Of a stretch of DNA of 64,000 nucleotides, positions 8,488-16,956 are shown piece by piece. The translations under genes and the position numbers were made by a program. Origin of the DNA: an uncultured Clostridia bacterium. Its GTDB lineage: Bacteria > Bacillota > Clostridia > Oscillospirales > Ruminococcaceae. Location of the stretch: assembly GCA_944386285.1 (NCBI GenBank), contig CALXAM010000084.1:5572-69571 (forward strand). Reading direction: 5' to 3'. The notes under the pieces are model-generated. The model did no database searches. It saw nothing but the letters and a program-made list of their open reading frames with translations, and was not told the DNA's origin. Within the stretch, counting starts at the first letter, position 1. Each line of letters begins with the position of its first letter.

Positions 8488-9231
8488 ATGAAAATCATTC
8501 ATTGCAAGGATTACGATGATATGTCGAGAAAAGCAGCTGCGATGTTCTTTTCGCAGATCCACATGAAACCGGACAGCGTGCTCGGTTTGGCAACAGGTTC
8601 CACCCCGATCGGTACATACAAACAGCTCATCAAATGGTATGAAGAAGGCGATCTTGATTTCAGTGAAGTGAAATCGGTAAACCTTGACGAGTATGTTGGC
8701 TTGGATGGCACAAATGATCAGAGTTATCGTTATTTCATGAACGAAAACCTCTTTAATCATGTGAACATCAACAAAGACAACACAAACGTTCCGAACGGCA
8801 AAGCGGAAGATATGGATGCGGAAGCACTTCGCTACGAAGCACTCATCAAATCGCTGGGCGGCATTGACATGCAGCTTCTGGGTATCGGTAACAACGGTCA
8901 CATTGGCTTTAATGAGCCGAGCGATGCGTTCGACAGCATTACACACGAAGTAAAACTGACCGAATCCACCATTCAGGCAAACGCACGTTTCTTTGAATCG
9001 ATGGACGATGTTCCGAAGACGGCAATTTCCATGGGCATCGGCACCATCATGAAAGCAAAGAAAATCGTTCTGATTGCAAATGGTCCGAAAAAAGCAGACA
9101 TCATCTATGAGACATGCTTTGGTCCGATTACACCGAACGTTCCGGCTTCTGCATTGCAGCTGCATCCGGATGTAACCATCATCGTTGATGATGAGGCATA
9201 TGCAACAATTCTTGCAAAATGCGGAAAATAA
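8488..9231 (+). CDS. nagB: Glucosamine-6-phosphate deaminase
   Basis: The protein is 247 aa with LATGSTP and the NagB-typical MQLLGIGNNGHIGFNEP motif. It has an AAGGAG SD. Confidence 0.93.
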   Translation: MKIIHCKDYDDMSRKAAAMFFSQIHMKPDSVLGLATGSTPIGTYKQLIKWYEEGDLDFSEVKSVNLDEYVGLDGTNDQSYRYFMNENLFNHVNINKDNTNVPNGKAEDMDAEALRYEALIKSLGGIDMQLLGIGNNGHIGFNEPSDAFDSITHEVKLTESTIQANARFFESMDDVPKTAISMGIGTIMKAKKIVLIANGPKKADIIYETCFGPITPNVPASALQLHPDVTIIVDDEAYATILAKCGK

Positions 9232-9253
9232 GCGCTTCATAAAACGCGTATTA

Positions 9254-9286
9254 CAAAAAAGCTCCCTTAATCGGGAGCTTTTTGTT
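9254..9286. terminator. Bidirectional terminator between convergent nagB and the GNAT gene
   Basis: The 7-bp stem agctccc/gggagct is flanked by an A-run upstream and a T-run downstream. Confidence 0.7.
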
Positions 9287-9805
9287 TCATTTCGTTTTAT
9301 TATACTCAATCCGATATTCACGCGTACGGAATGTCTTTTTCAGTGAATCGGAGTAAAAGGAGCCTGTCTGCATGAATGTAAAACCACACGATTCGATCAG
9401 ATGACTTGACGCGATATTTTCTTCAAAGCAGCATGCCCAGATGTATTTAATTCCCCAATGCCGAAATAAAAAATCGGTCAAAGCTAAAACGGATTCTTTC
9501 ATAAAGCCCTGCCGCCAATAGGAGTGATTTAATACAAATCCAAGTTCGCGTGAGTCATTGTGTCCGCTTGCATCTTTAAAAACGCAGATGTGTCCGATCA
9601 CTTTGTCTTCCTTTTTTAATACAATCGCCAGTCGATTTTTCGTGTTTACCCATTCGTTTAAAAGTTCTGCCGATTCTTCAAGTGATCCATGTGCGCGCCA
9701 TCCTGCGTGAATACCGACATCCGGCTGAGCGCAGTATTCGTGAAAATCGTGCAGGTCGCATTTGGTAAACGGCCGCAGAAAAAGCCGCTCTGTTTCAATC
9801 GTCAT
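9287..9805 (-). CDS. GNAT family N-acetyltransferase (RimJ/RimL-like)
   Basis: The N-terminus MTIETERLFLRPF is typical of the RimJ/RimL acetyltransferase subfamily. The start was trimmed from 9871 to ATG 9805, which has an AAGGAA SD. Confidence 0.85.
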   Translation of the reverse strand: MTIETERLFLRPFTKCDLHDFHEYCAQPDVGIHAGWRAHGSLEESAELLNEWVNTKNRLAIVLKKEDKVIGHICVFKDASGHNDSRELGFVLNHSYWRQGFMKESVLALTDFLFRHWGIKYIWACCFEENIASSHLIESCGFTFMQTGSFYSDSLKKTFRTREYRIEYNKTK

Positions 9806-9954
9806 CCCATCTGTTCCTTTATTTCGATATGTCTTACTTTCTATTATAAAGAAACAATATAGGCAATTCAACAGAAATCATCCAATTTGTCACGAAACCC
9901 AAACAGAATGGATTGACGCAAACCCGATAAACCGTTTTATACGTTTGGCTGCTC

Positions 9955-9984
9955 TTGAAGCCTTATTCTTGTTTGTGTTATAAT
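9955..9984 (+). promoter_or_regulatory. Sigma-A type promoter of the NYN/helicase/mutY/ade operon
   Basis: TTGAAG (9955-9960) is followed by an 18-nt spacer and TATAAT (9979-9984), preceded by TGT. Confidence 0.6.
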
Positions 9985-10017
9985 GAAAATAATACTAAAT
10001 AAAAGGGAAGTGTTCCA

Positions 10018-10761
10018 TTGGAAAATGAAAAACGTTTCGCCGTTTTAATTGATGCGGATAACATTTCCGAGAAATATATCAAAGGAATTTTGGACGAGAT
10101 CTCGAACGATGGCGTCGCAACGTATAAACGGATTTACGGCGACTGGACAAAGCCGAACTTAGGCGCATGGAAGCAGGTGCTTTTGGAAAACTCCATTACG
10201 CCGATCCAGCAGTATAGCTATACGACGGGCAAAAATGCAACGGATTCTGCGATGATCATTGATGCAATGGATATCCTGTATTCGGGTCATGTAGACGGAT
10301 TCTGTCTTGTTTCGAGTGACAGTGATTTTACCAGACTTGCATCAAGACTGCGGGAATCGGGGATGATCGTCGTCGGAATGGGCGAGAAAAAGACGCCGTC
10401 TGCGTTTATTTCGGCGTGTCACCAGTTTAAATATCTTGAAATTCTGCTGCGCAATGCAGAGGAGAAAAACAGTACAGATACACCGTCGGAGCCTGCACAG
10501 CAGCGTACCGATCTTGCGGCGATCAAGCGGACCGTTTTGACCATTATTGATGAGGTTTCCGATGAGGATGAATGGATTTTCATCAGTGAAATCGGTGATA
10601 TTCTCGTCAAACGGTATCCGGATTTTGACGTGCGCAACTATGGATTTAAAAAGCTCACGCCGTTTTTAAAATCACTCAATATTCTGGATATCCGTTCGAC
10701 CAGAACGTCTGACGGAAATAATCGCTTGGTCTATGTCCGTGCAAAGAAGAACCATTCATAA
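10018..10761 (+). CDS. NYN (PIN-like) nuclease domain protein with C-terminal OST-HTH/LOTUS-like domain
   Basis: The N-terminal part has FAVLIDADN, ATDSAMIIDA and LVSSDSDF, the acidic motifs of the NYN family. The C-terminal part (EWIFISEIGDILVKRYPDFDVRNYGFKKLTPFLKSL) matches the OST-HTH pattern. The start codon is TTG. Confidence 0.8.
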   Translation: MENEKRFAVLIDADNISEKYIKGILDEISNDGVATYKRIYGDWTKPNLGAWKQVLLENSITPIQQYSYTTGKNATDSAMIIDAMDILYSGHVDGFCLVSSDSDFTRLASRLRESGMIVVGMGEKKTPSAFISACHQFKYLEILLRNAEEKNSTDTPSEPAQQRTDLAAIKRTVLTIIDEVSDEDEWIFISEIGDILVKRYPDFDVRNYGFKKLTPFLKSLNILDIRSTRTSDGNNRLVYVRAKKNHS

Positions 10762-10775
10762 TAAAGGAGATTTTC

Positions 10776-11912
10776 ATGCAATATAACGCACCAATGCTGA
10801 TCGAACCGATTCGCCGCGCGCTGTATGACGCGGGCATTCGGGAAATGACGCAGATTCAAAACGAAACGATTCCGGTGATGCTCGAGGGAAAAGAAGTGAT
10901 TGCCAAAGCACCGACCGGAACGGGAAAAACGTTCGCTTTTGGCGTTCCGATTCTTCAGACAATCAATAGAGAAGTAAATAAGACACAGGCGGTCATTTTA
11001 TGTCCGACAAGAGAACTGTGCGTGCAGCTGCGCGATGAGATGCGTGTACTGGCAGCGCATTTGCCGGAGGTTCGTATCGCGGCGGTTTACGGCGGACAAC
11101 CTATGCGCCGCCAGATCGAACAGCTTCAAAAGCATCCGCAGATTGTTGTAGCAACGCCCGGACGACTCATCGACCACTATCGTCATAAAAACGTATCGTT
11201 TGCCGATGTGACTGTCACGGTACTTGATGAAGCGGACGAAATGCTCGACATGGGCTTTTTCAAAGATGTACGTTACCTGCTCGATCAGATGCCGAAAACG
11301 AGTAAACTTTCGATGTTTTCTGCAACGATTTCGCGTCCGGTTATGGATATCGGCTGGCTGTATCAGCGCGATCCGGTGGAAATCACTGTGCTGCCGGTGG
11401 AGGAAAACAAGCCGAAGATTTTGCAGTATGGCATCGAGGCGACCGGAACGAAAAAGATTTTCGATTTGTTTGCACTGATTCGAAATATTGCACCGGAAAA
11501 GGCAATTATTTTCTGTAATACCAAGTATCAGACGGCCAGTTTAACAGAACAGCTTGTAAAGCACGGAGACTTTACAGCAAAATGTATCCATGGAGATATG
11601 GCACAGCCGTTAAGGAATAAGATCATGGCGTCCTATAAGGCCGGTGAATTTGCGCTTTTGGTTGTCACAGATGTGGCGGCACGCGGAATTGACGTAACGG
11701 GCGTGGATGCGGTGATTAACTTTGACGTACCGCAGGAAAACGAATATTATATTCACCGGATCGGCAGAACGGGCCGCGCAAAGCAAGAGGGAAAAGCATA
11801 TACATTTTTCTCCCAAAACGACAAAGCGCACCTTTTGAATATCCTGCATTATACAAAATCAGAACTTACGATGATGAAAATTGACGCGGAAGGCAGGCTC
11901 GTTCCCGCATGA
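10776..11912 (+). CDS. DEAD-box ATP-dependent RNA helicase (minimal two-RecA core)
   Basis: The Q motif, APTGTGKT, PTRELC, DEAD, SAT, ARGID and HRIGRTGR are all present. There is an AAGGAG SD, and the gene starts 14 nt after the NYN gene. Confidence 0.93.
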   Translation: MQYNAPMLIEPIRRALYDAGIREMTQIQNETIPVMLEGKEVIAKAPTGTGKTFAFGVPILQTINREVNKTQAVILCPTRELCVQLRDEMRVLAAHLPEVRIAAVYGGQPMRRQIEQLQKHPQIVVATPGRLIDHYRHKNVSFADVTVTVLDEADEMLDMGFFKDVRYLLDQMPKTSKLSMFSATISRPVMDIGWLYQRDPVEITVLPVEENKPKILQYGIEATGTKKIFDLFALIRNIAPEKAIIFCNTKYQTASLTEQLVKHGDFTAKCIHGDMAQPLRNKIMASYKAGEFALLVVTDVAARGIDVTGVDAVINFDVPQENEYYIHRIGRTGRAKQEGKAYTFFSQNDKAHLLNILHYTKSELTMMKIDAEGRLVPA

Positions 11913-12991
11913 AAGAAAAATCCCCCATTTTGATCGATGCGGCGCGTGTCAGCCGCTGTGTTGAGCCGCTGTGTGACTGGTATCGGGGACATGCGCGTAA
12001 GCTGCCGTGGCGGCAAACGAATGACAGCTATGCGATTTGGGTTTCGGAAGTGATGCTTCAGCAGACGCGTGTAGAAGCAGTCATTCCGTATTATGAGCGG
12101 TTTATGCAGGCGCTCCCGACGATTGAAGCACTTGCAGAGGTTGATGACGATGTGCTGTTAAAGCTTTGGGAAGGACTTGGCTACTATTCGCGTGCACGAA
12201 ACTTAAAGAAAGCGGCGCAGATCTGTGTCGTGCAGTATGATGGTAAGCTTCCCGGCAGTGATACAGCGCTTTTAAAACTGCCCGGTTTTGGTCCGTATAC
12301 GGCAGGAGCAGTTGCGTCGATTGCGTGGAATCTGCCGGTTCCTGCGGTAGATGGCAATGTGATGCGTGTGATTTCGCGGATTACGGCGCTTGAACATGAC
12401 ATCAAAGAACCGGCAACGGTGCGGGCCGTGCGTGCGCTTCTTTTTGATGTAATCAAGACTTGTGAACCGGGAATCTTCAATCAGGCGCTTATGGAGCTTG
12501 GTGCGTGTGTCTGCGTGCCAAACGGTGCGCCGCGTTGTGCGTCCTGTCCTGTTTCTTCTTACTGTATCGCGAGGGAGAACGATCAGACCGAACTGTTTCC
12601 GGTCAAAGCGCCGAAAAAACAGCGTCGTGTCGAGGAAAAAACGGTCATCGTTGTCTGTGTGAATGACGGTATTCTGCTTTGCAAACGGGAAAGCAAAGGA
12701 TTGCTTGCGAATTTATATTCATTTTTATGCGAGGACGGACATTTGACAACAGAAGCAGTCACCCGTATTTGCAGACAGCATGGCATTGCCGTCGAATCCG
12801 TTTCGGCGATGAAGCCGGCCAAGCATATTTTTACACATATTGAATGGCATATGATCGGATATCTGGTACAAGGAAACAGCAGCGCTTTGCCATATGAGAA
12901 CGATATCATCGCGACGCGGCAGGAGATCCAGACGGTATATTCGGTTCCGCGTGCATTTGCTTCTTATCAAAAGGAAATCGGATTGCTTTAA
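11909..12991 (+). CDS. mutY: A/G-specific adenine DNA glycosylase
   Basis: Seen: an HhH-GPD fold pattern (WEGLGYYSRARNL), a 4-Cys cluster (CVPNGAPRCASCPVSSYC) and a C-terminal NUDIX-like domain. The start overlaps the helicase stop in an ATGA arrangement. Confidence 0.9.
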   Translation: MKEKSPILIDAARVSRCVEPLCDWYRGHARKLPWRQTNDSYAIWVSEVMLQQTRVEAVIPYYERFMQALPTIEALAEVDDDVLLKLWEGLGYYSRARNLKKAAQICVVQYDGKLPGSDTALLKLPGFGPYTAGAVASIAWNLPVPAVDGNVMRVISRITALEHDIKEPATVRAVRALLFDVIKTCEPGIFNQALMELGACVCVPNGAPRCASCPVSSYCIARENDQTELFPVKAPKKQRRVEEKTVIVVCVNDGILLCKRESKGLLANLYSFLCEDGHLTTEAVTRICRQHGIAVESVSAMKPAKHIFTHIEWHMIGYLVQGNSSALPYENDIIATRQEIQTVYSVPRAFASYQKEIGLL

Positions 12992-13013
12992 AGAAAAAAG
13001 GAGGATGACGATC

Positions 13014-14729
13014 ATGGCGAAAACAGGAATGACACAGCCGCGCGGTCAGAGTATTATGGCAGCACTTGGACAGTTCAAGGCAGATCTCGTACTCAAAAAC
13101 GCACAAGTACTAAACGTCTTTACCGGTGAGTTTATGCCGCGTGACGTCGCAATCTGCCGCGACCGAATCATCGGAATCGGCACGTACAGCGGATTGCGTG
13201 AGTATAACTTAAACGGCAAGTATATTGTCCCGGGATTTATTGATACCCATACGCATATTGAATCTTCCATGACGACACCGCAGCGGTTTTGCAGGGAAGT
13301 GCTTTCGCACGGAACAACGACGGTAATTGCCGATCCGCATGAGATTGCAAATGTCTGCGGACATGACGGCCTTTCCTTTATGCTTGATGAGGCAGACAAA
13401 GTGGTTGTGAATCTTTACTATATGCTGCCGTCCTGTGTACCGACCACCGAACTTGACAGTGCGGGTGTTACCTTGGATGCACAAAGCCTTTCAAAGTACA
13501 TGCACCATAAAGCGGTGCTTGGTCTGGGTGAAATGATGAATGTGTCCGGCGTAATTCGCTGTCAAAGTGACGTGTATCAGAAACTTTCGATGTTTCGGTC
13601 GATGGTGATTGACGGTCACGCGCCAATGCTGCACGGAAATGCGCTGCAAACGTATTGCCTGGCTGGTATGATGACCGATCACGAGTCGACAAGCGGCGAG
13701 GAAGCCGCTGAAAAAATCCGTGCAGGTCTTGCCGTGTTAATCCGTGAGGGTTCGGGTGCAAAGAATCTGGATGCGATCGCACAGATTTTGATTGATGGTC
13801 GGATGAACACTTCGCGTGTTGCATTTTGCACCGATGATAAACATGTTGATGATATCCGCCGCGAGGGACATATCGACTATCATATCAAACGGTGCATTGA
13901 ACTTGGCATGGAACCTGCCAAAGCATATACAATCGCAAGTCATTATGCGGCGCAGATTTACGGACTTCATCATCTTGGTGCAGTTGCGGCGGGATACCAA
14001 GCGGATCTTGTGGTGTTAAACGATTTAGAAAACGTGTCGATCGAAATGGTTTTCCACAAAGGAAAGACAGCGCGCGTCTGGCTTGAAGAACCGCTTTCTG
14101 AGGAAATTCCAAAGCCGCTTTTGAGTACAGTACATCTGCCTCGTATGAAAAAGAGTGATTTGCGGCTTCCGATTACAAAGGAAACCGTTCCGGTGATTGT
14201 CCCTGTGGCGCATGAGATTAAAACAGAATGCACCGACGAATCCGTGCGCACACAAAACGGCGTCTTTGTACCGGATCATGTGCATCAGAAAGTCGCTGTA
14301 GTTGAACGTCATCAAGGGACCGGGAAAGTAGGACTTGGCATTATCCGCGGATTCATGAAGAAAGGTGCGATTGCTTCGACAGTCGGACACGATTCGCACA
14401 ACATCACTGTTATCGGTACGAATGACGACGATATGATGATGGCAATTCATGCGCTCCATCTGTGCGGCGGTGGATATGTCATCGTCTGTGATGGTAAAAT
14501 TCTTGCAGGCATCGCATTGCCCGTAGGCGGTTTAATGAGCGATAAATCCGTACAGGATCTTCAAATGGAGCAGGAAACATTTTTAGCTGCAGCGAGAGAA
14601 ATCGGGATTCCGGAGGAATACGATCCCTATCAGACGCTTTCGTTTTTACCGCTCTCCGTTTTGCCGAAACTGCGTGTCACAGTAAACGGTTTGTTTGATG
14701 CAGAAAAGAACATGGAATTGTCCTATTGA
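13014..14729 (+). CDS. ade: Adenine deaminase
   Basis: The amidohydrolase motif PGFIDTHTHIESS is present, and the length and architecture fit AdeC. The start was trimmed from 12894 to ATG 13014, which has GGAGG about 10 nt upstream. Confidence 0.88.
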   Translation: MAKTGMTQPRGQSIMAALGQFKADLVLKNAQVLNVFTGEFMPRDVAICRDRIIGIGTYSGLREYNLNGKYIVPGFIDTHTHIESSMTTPQRFCREVLSHGTTTVIADPHEIANVCGHDGLSFMLDEADKVVVNLYYMLPSCVPTTELDSAGVTLDAQSLSKYMHHKAVLGLGEMMNVSGVIRCQSDVYQKLSMFRSMVIDGHAPMLHGNALQTYCLAGMMTDHESTSGEEAAEKIRAGLAVLIREGSGAKNLDAIAQILIDGRMNTSRVAFCTDDKHVDDIRREGHIDYHIKRCIELGMEPAKAYTIASHYAAQIYGLHHLGAVAAGYQADLVVLNDLENVSIEMVFHKGKTARVWLEEPLSEEIPKPLLSTVHLPRMKKSDLRLPITKETVPVIVPVAHEIKTECTDESVRTQNGVFVPDHVHQKVAVVERHQGTGKVGLGIIRGFMKKGAIASTVGHDSHNITVIGTNDDDMMMAIHALHLCGGGYVIVCDGKILAGIALPVGGLMSDKSVQDLQMEQETFLAAAREIGIPEEYDPYQTLSFLPLSVLPKLRVTVNGLFDAEKNMELSY

Positions 14730-14747
14730 AGAAAGGTGTGCTGTTTT

Positions 14748-15341
14748 TTGGCAGATGAATTTTTAAAACAGTCATTTTCAGAACATTGGCCTTTTGCGGA
14801 GGAGAGCGGCAGACTGGTCTTTAAAGAATGCAGTTTTCATGCGATTGATTTGACCGATCTCACATTGGAACGGTGTGTATTTGAATCGTGCAAGTTTTTT
14901 GCGTGCCGAATGGGAGCGTCCGTGTTTCGCGGATGCCGGATGACAAACTGTATCTTTGAACTTTGCAGCTTGTTTGATACGGTGTTTGACTCCTGTAAAC
15001 TGACCGGTTCCGTCTTTTATGAAACCGACTGTACGTGTTTTTCGATTCTTAGAGGAGATTGGTCATTTACCGACGTACGGGACCTTGATTTTTATAAAAT
15101 GAAGCTTTGCGGCGTTAATTTCGATCATGCGGATTTTACCGGCTGCTGTCTTGATCAGGCGATGTTTCAAGACTGTAATCTTTCTCATATCAAAGTAGGA
15201 AACACCAGCGCAGTCGGCACAGATTTTCGCAGCAGTGCAATGGATGGGGTTGATTTTCGAGGCATTCTGATGAAAAAGACAAAGATTGATTTAACACAGG
15301 CAATTTTGCTCGCCTCCTGTATGGGAGCAGAATGTATTTAA
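14748..15341 (+). CDS. Pentapeptide repeat-containing protein
   Basis: Tandem A(D/N)LXX-type pentapeptides are seen throughout, for example CVFESCKFFACRMGASVFRGCRMTNCIFELCSLFDTVFDSCKL. The track start GTG 14736 abuts the SD, whereas in-frame TTG 14748 has better spacing. The start remains uncertain. Confidence 0.75.
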   Translation: MADEFLKQSFSEHWPFAEESGRLVFKECSFHAIDLTDLTLERCVFESCKFFACRMGASVFRGCRMTNCIFELCSLFDTVFDSCKLTGSVFYETDCTCFSILRGDWSFTDVRDLDFYKMKLCGVNFDHADFTGCCLDQAMFQDCNLSHIKVGNTSAVGTDFRSSAMDGVDFRGILMKKTKIDLTQAILLASCMGAECI

Positions 15342-15373
15342 AAACAAAGAAACAAAAAGGGGATTTGTGAGAG

Positions 15374-16777
15374 ATGGCAGAGGAAATCAAAAAGAAGAAA
15401 AACGGCGTCACCGATATGACGCAGGGGAATCCGTACAAGCTGATTGTCATGTTTTCGATTCCGCTACTGATCGGAAATATTTTTCAGCAGCTTTACAACA
15501 TGGTGGACAGTATTGTCGTTGGACAATGGATCGGCGATAAAGCGCTCGCCGCAGTCGGAACGGGATTTCCGATTATTTTCATGATGAGTTCGCTGTTTAT
15601 GGGAATCGGTATGGGTGCTTCCATTATGATTTCGCAGTATTACGGTGCAAAAGATTATGAAAGTGTAGGCAAGACCGTCAATACGATTTATACAGCGCTG
15701 ATGATTGGAATTGTGCCGCTTTCGCTGATCAGCGTGCTGCTTGCAAAACCGCTTTTGATGCTTATTCAGGTGCCGGATGACGGAACGCTTTCGATGGCAA
15801 CCGTCTATATGATTACAATTTTTGTCGGTACCATCGGAAGCCTTGGATATAACATCAACGCCGGTATTTTGCAGGGATTCGGTGACTCGCGCACATCGCT
15901 TTTGTTTTTGCTGATTGCGTGTATCATCAATATTGTGCTTGACATTGTGTTCACGGTCTGCTTTGGCATGGGTGTGTTCGGCGTGGCGCTTGCAACAATT
16001 ATCGGACAGCTTGCTTCCTGGCTGTTTGGAATCCGGTACATTAACCGACATTATAAAGCGATTCATATTCGGTTGTTTTCTTTCCATTTTGATAAAGCAT
16101 TGTTTAAGCAGGCAATGCGGTTAGGTATTCCGTCCGGCTTACAGCAGGCGCTTTTTTCGGTCGGTGTCATGATGATGCAGTCGCTTGTCAACAGCTATGG
16201 TTCTTCATTTATGGCTGGTTTTAACGGTGCAGGAAAGATTGACTCGTTTGCGTTCATGCCGATTCAGAGTTTTTCCATCGCAATTACAACCTACACAGGA
16301 CAAAATGTCGGTGCAGGACAGTATAAGCGCGTATCATCGGGATTCCGTGCAGGCATGGTGCTTTCGATCGTTACAAGCTTGGTGCTTGGCATTGTGTTAT
16401 ATCCCATCAGCGGCTTTGTCATGCGGATGTTCAGTCAAAGTCCGGACGTCATTTCTGCGGGCGTTACCTATCTGCACAGTGTACTTCCGTTTTATGCGCT
16501 GCTTGCGATCATGTTTATGGTAAGCGGTACGATGCGCGGCGCGGGCGAGATGGTTGTACCGATGATCTGTTCGTTTATCTCGCTTTGGATTGCGCGTGTA
16601 CCGACGGCATATCTATTAAGCTTCTGGTTTGGCCGGGATTCCATTTTTTACTCCTATGCAATCGGTTGGGCAATCGGCCTTGTGATCGGCCTTTTGTATT
16701 ACGCATCCGGCAGATGGAAACGGAAAGGACTTGTAAAAAGCGCACCGGTACAGCCGGAGGCAAACGAAGAAGCATAA
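15374..16777 (+). CDS. MATE family efflux transporter
   Basis: The protein is a 12-TM polytopic transporter. The N-terminal motif PLLIGNIFQQLYNMVDSIVVGQ is typical of MATE/NorM. Confidence 0.9.
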   Translation: MAEEIKKKKNGVTDMTQGNPYKLIVMFSIPLLIGNIFQQLYNMVDSIVVGQWIGDKALAAVGTGFPIIFMMSSLFMGIGMGASIMISQYYGAKDYESVGKTVNTIYTALMIGIVPLSLISVLLAKPLLMLIQVPDDGTLSMATVYMITIFVGTIGSLGYNINAGILQGFGDSRTSLLFLLIACIINIVLDIVFTVCFGMGVFGVALATIIGQLASWLFGIRYINRHYKAIHIRLFSFHFDKALFKQAMRLGIPSGLQQALFSVGVMMMQSLVNSYGSSFMAGFNGAGKIDSFAFMPIQSFSIAITTYTGQNVGAGQYKRVSSGFRAGMVLSIVTSLVLGIVLYPISGFVMRMFSQSPDVISAGVTYLHSVLPFYALLAIMFMVSGTMRGAGEMVVPMICSFISLWIARVPTAYLLSFWFGRDSIFYSYAIGWAIGLVIGLLYYASGRWKRKGLVKSAPVQPEANEEA

Positions 16778-16788
16778 TGGAATACAGT

Positions 16789-16816
16789 CGGCATACATAT
16801 GCCGGATGTATTTTTA
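16789..16816 (+). terminator. Weak terminator-like hairpin after the first MATE gene
   Basis: Two alternative stems are possible: cggcat-acat-atgccg, or tacat-atgccgg-atgta followed by TTTTT. Both are short. Confidence 0.35.
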
Positions 16817-16956
16817 TGCAGAAAAACAGAGAAAAAATTCAAATCCTTTTGTGTCAGATGACGGTTTTTGTTTTTTTACGGTGGGGACTATACTTTTTAA
16901 AAAATCGTGATACAATATTTTTTGTTTTATATTTCGACAGAAGATGGGGGATTTTG

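Noticed and set aside
8401-9321. A 306-aa ORF runs antisense across the whole of nagB.
   Set aside because: It is a shadow ORF. Its product is Cys/Arg/Phe-rich low-complexity sequence with no SD and no recognisable domain, and it exactly mirrors a gene with a strong, confident protein match. Strong codon bias in nagB removes stops from the opposite frame.
11909-14729. I considered a functional link between MutY, which releases adenine, and the adjacent adenine deaminase.
   Set aside because: The amount of adenine released by MutY is metabolically negligible. The adjacency is more simply explained by operon packing of unrelated housekeeping genes.
15464-16087. A 207-aa ORF lies antisense to the first MATE gene. 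Similar long antisense ORFs occur at 7119-7688 (hcp), 23837-24346, 31321-31839, 48370-48807 and 50750-51166.
   Set aside because: All lie fully inside confidently assigned genes on the other strand. They lack SD sequences and translate to His/Arg/Cys-rich sequences typical of non-coding frames.
16585-16956. Several track ORFs have long N-terminal extensions. Examples are 16585 for the second MATE gene, 12894 for ade, 25485 for the Ntn hydrolase, 44171 for rnfD, 34920 for truA, 21407 for the Cys-rich gene and 571-1575 for the ATPase.
   Set aside because: The extensions overlap the preceding gene and have no SD. They are followed by an internal Met with a canonical SD whose product starts with the family-typical N-terminus. 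They are artefacts of longest-ORF calling, not real fusions or overlapping genes.
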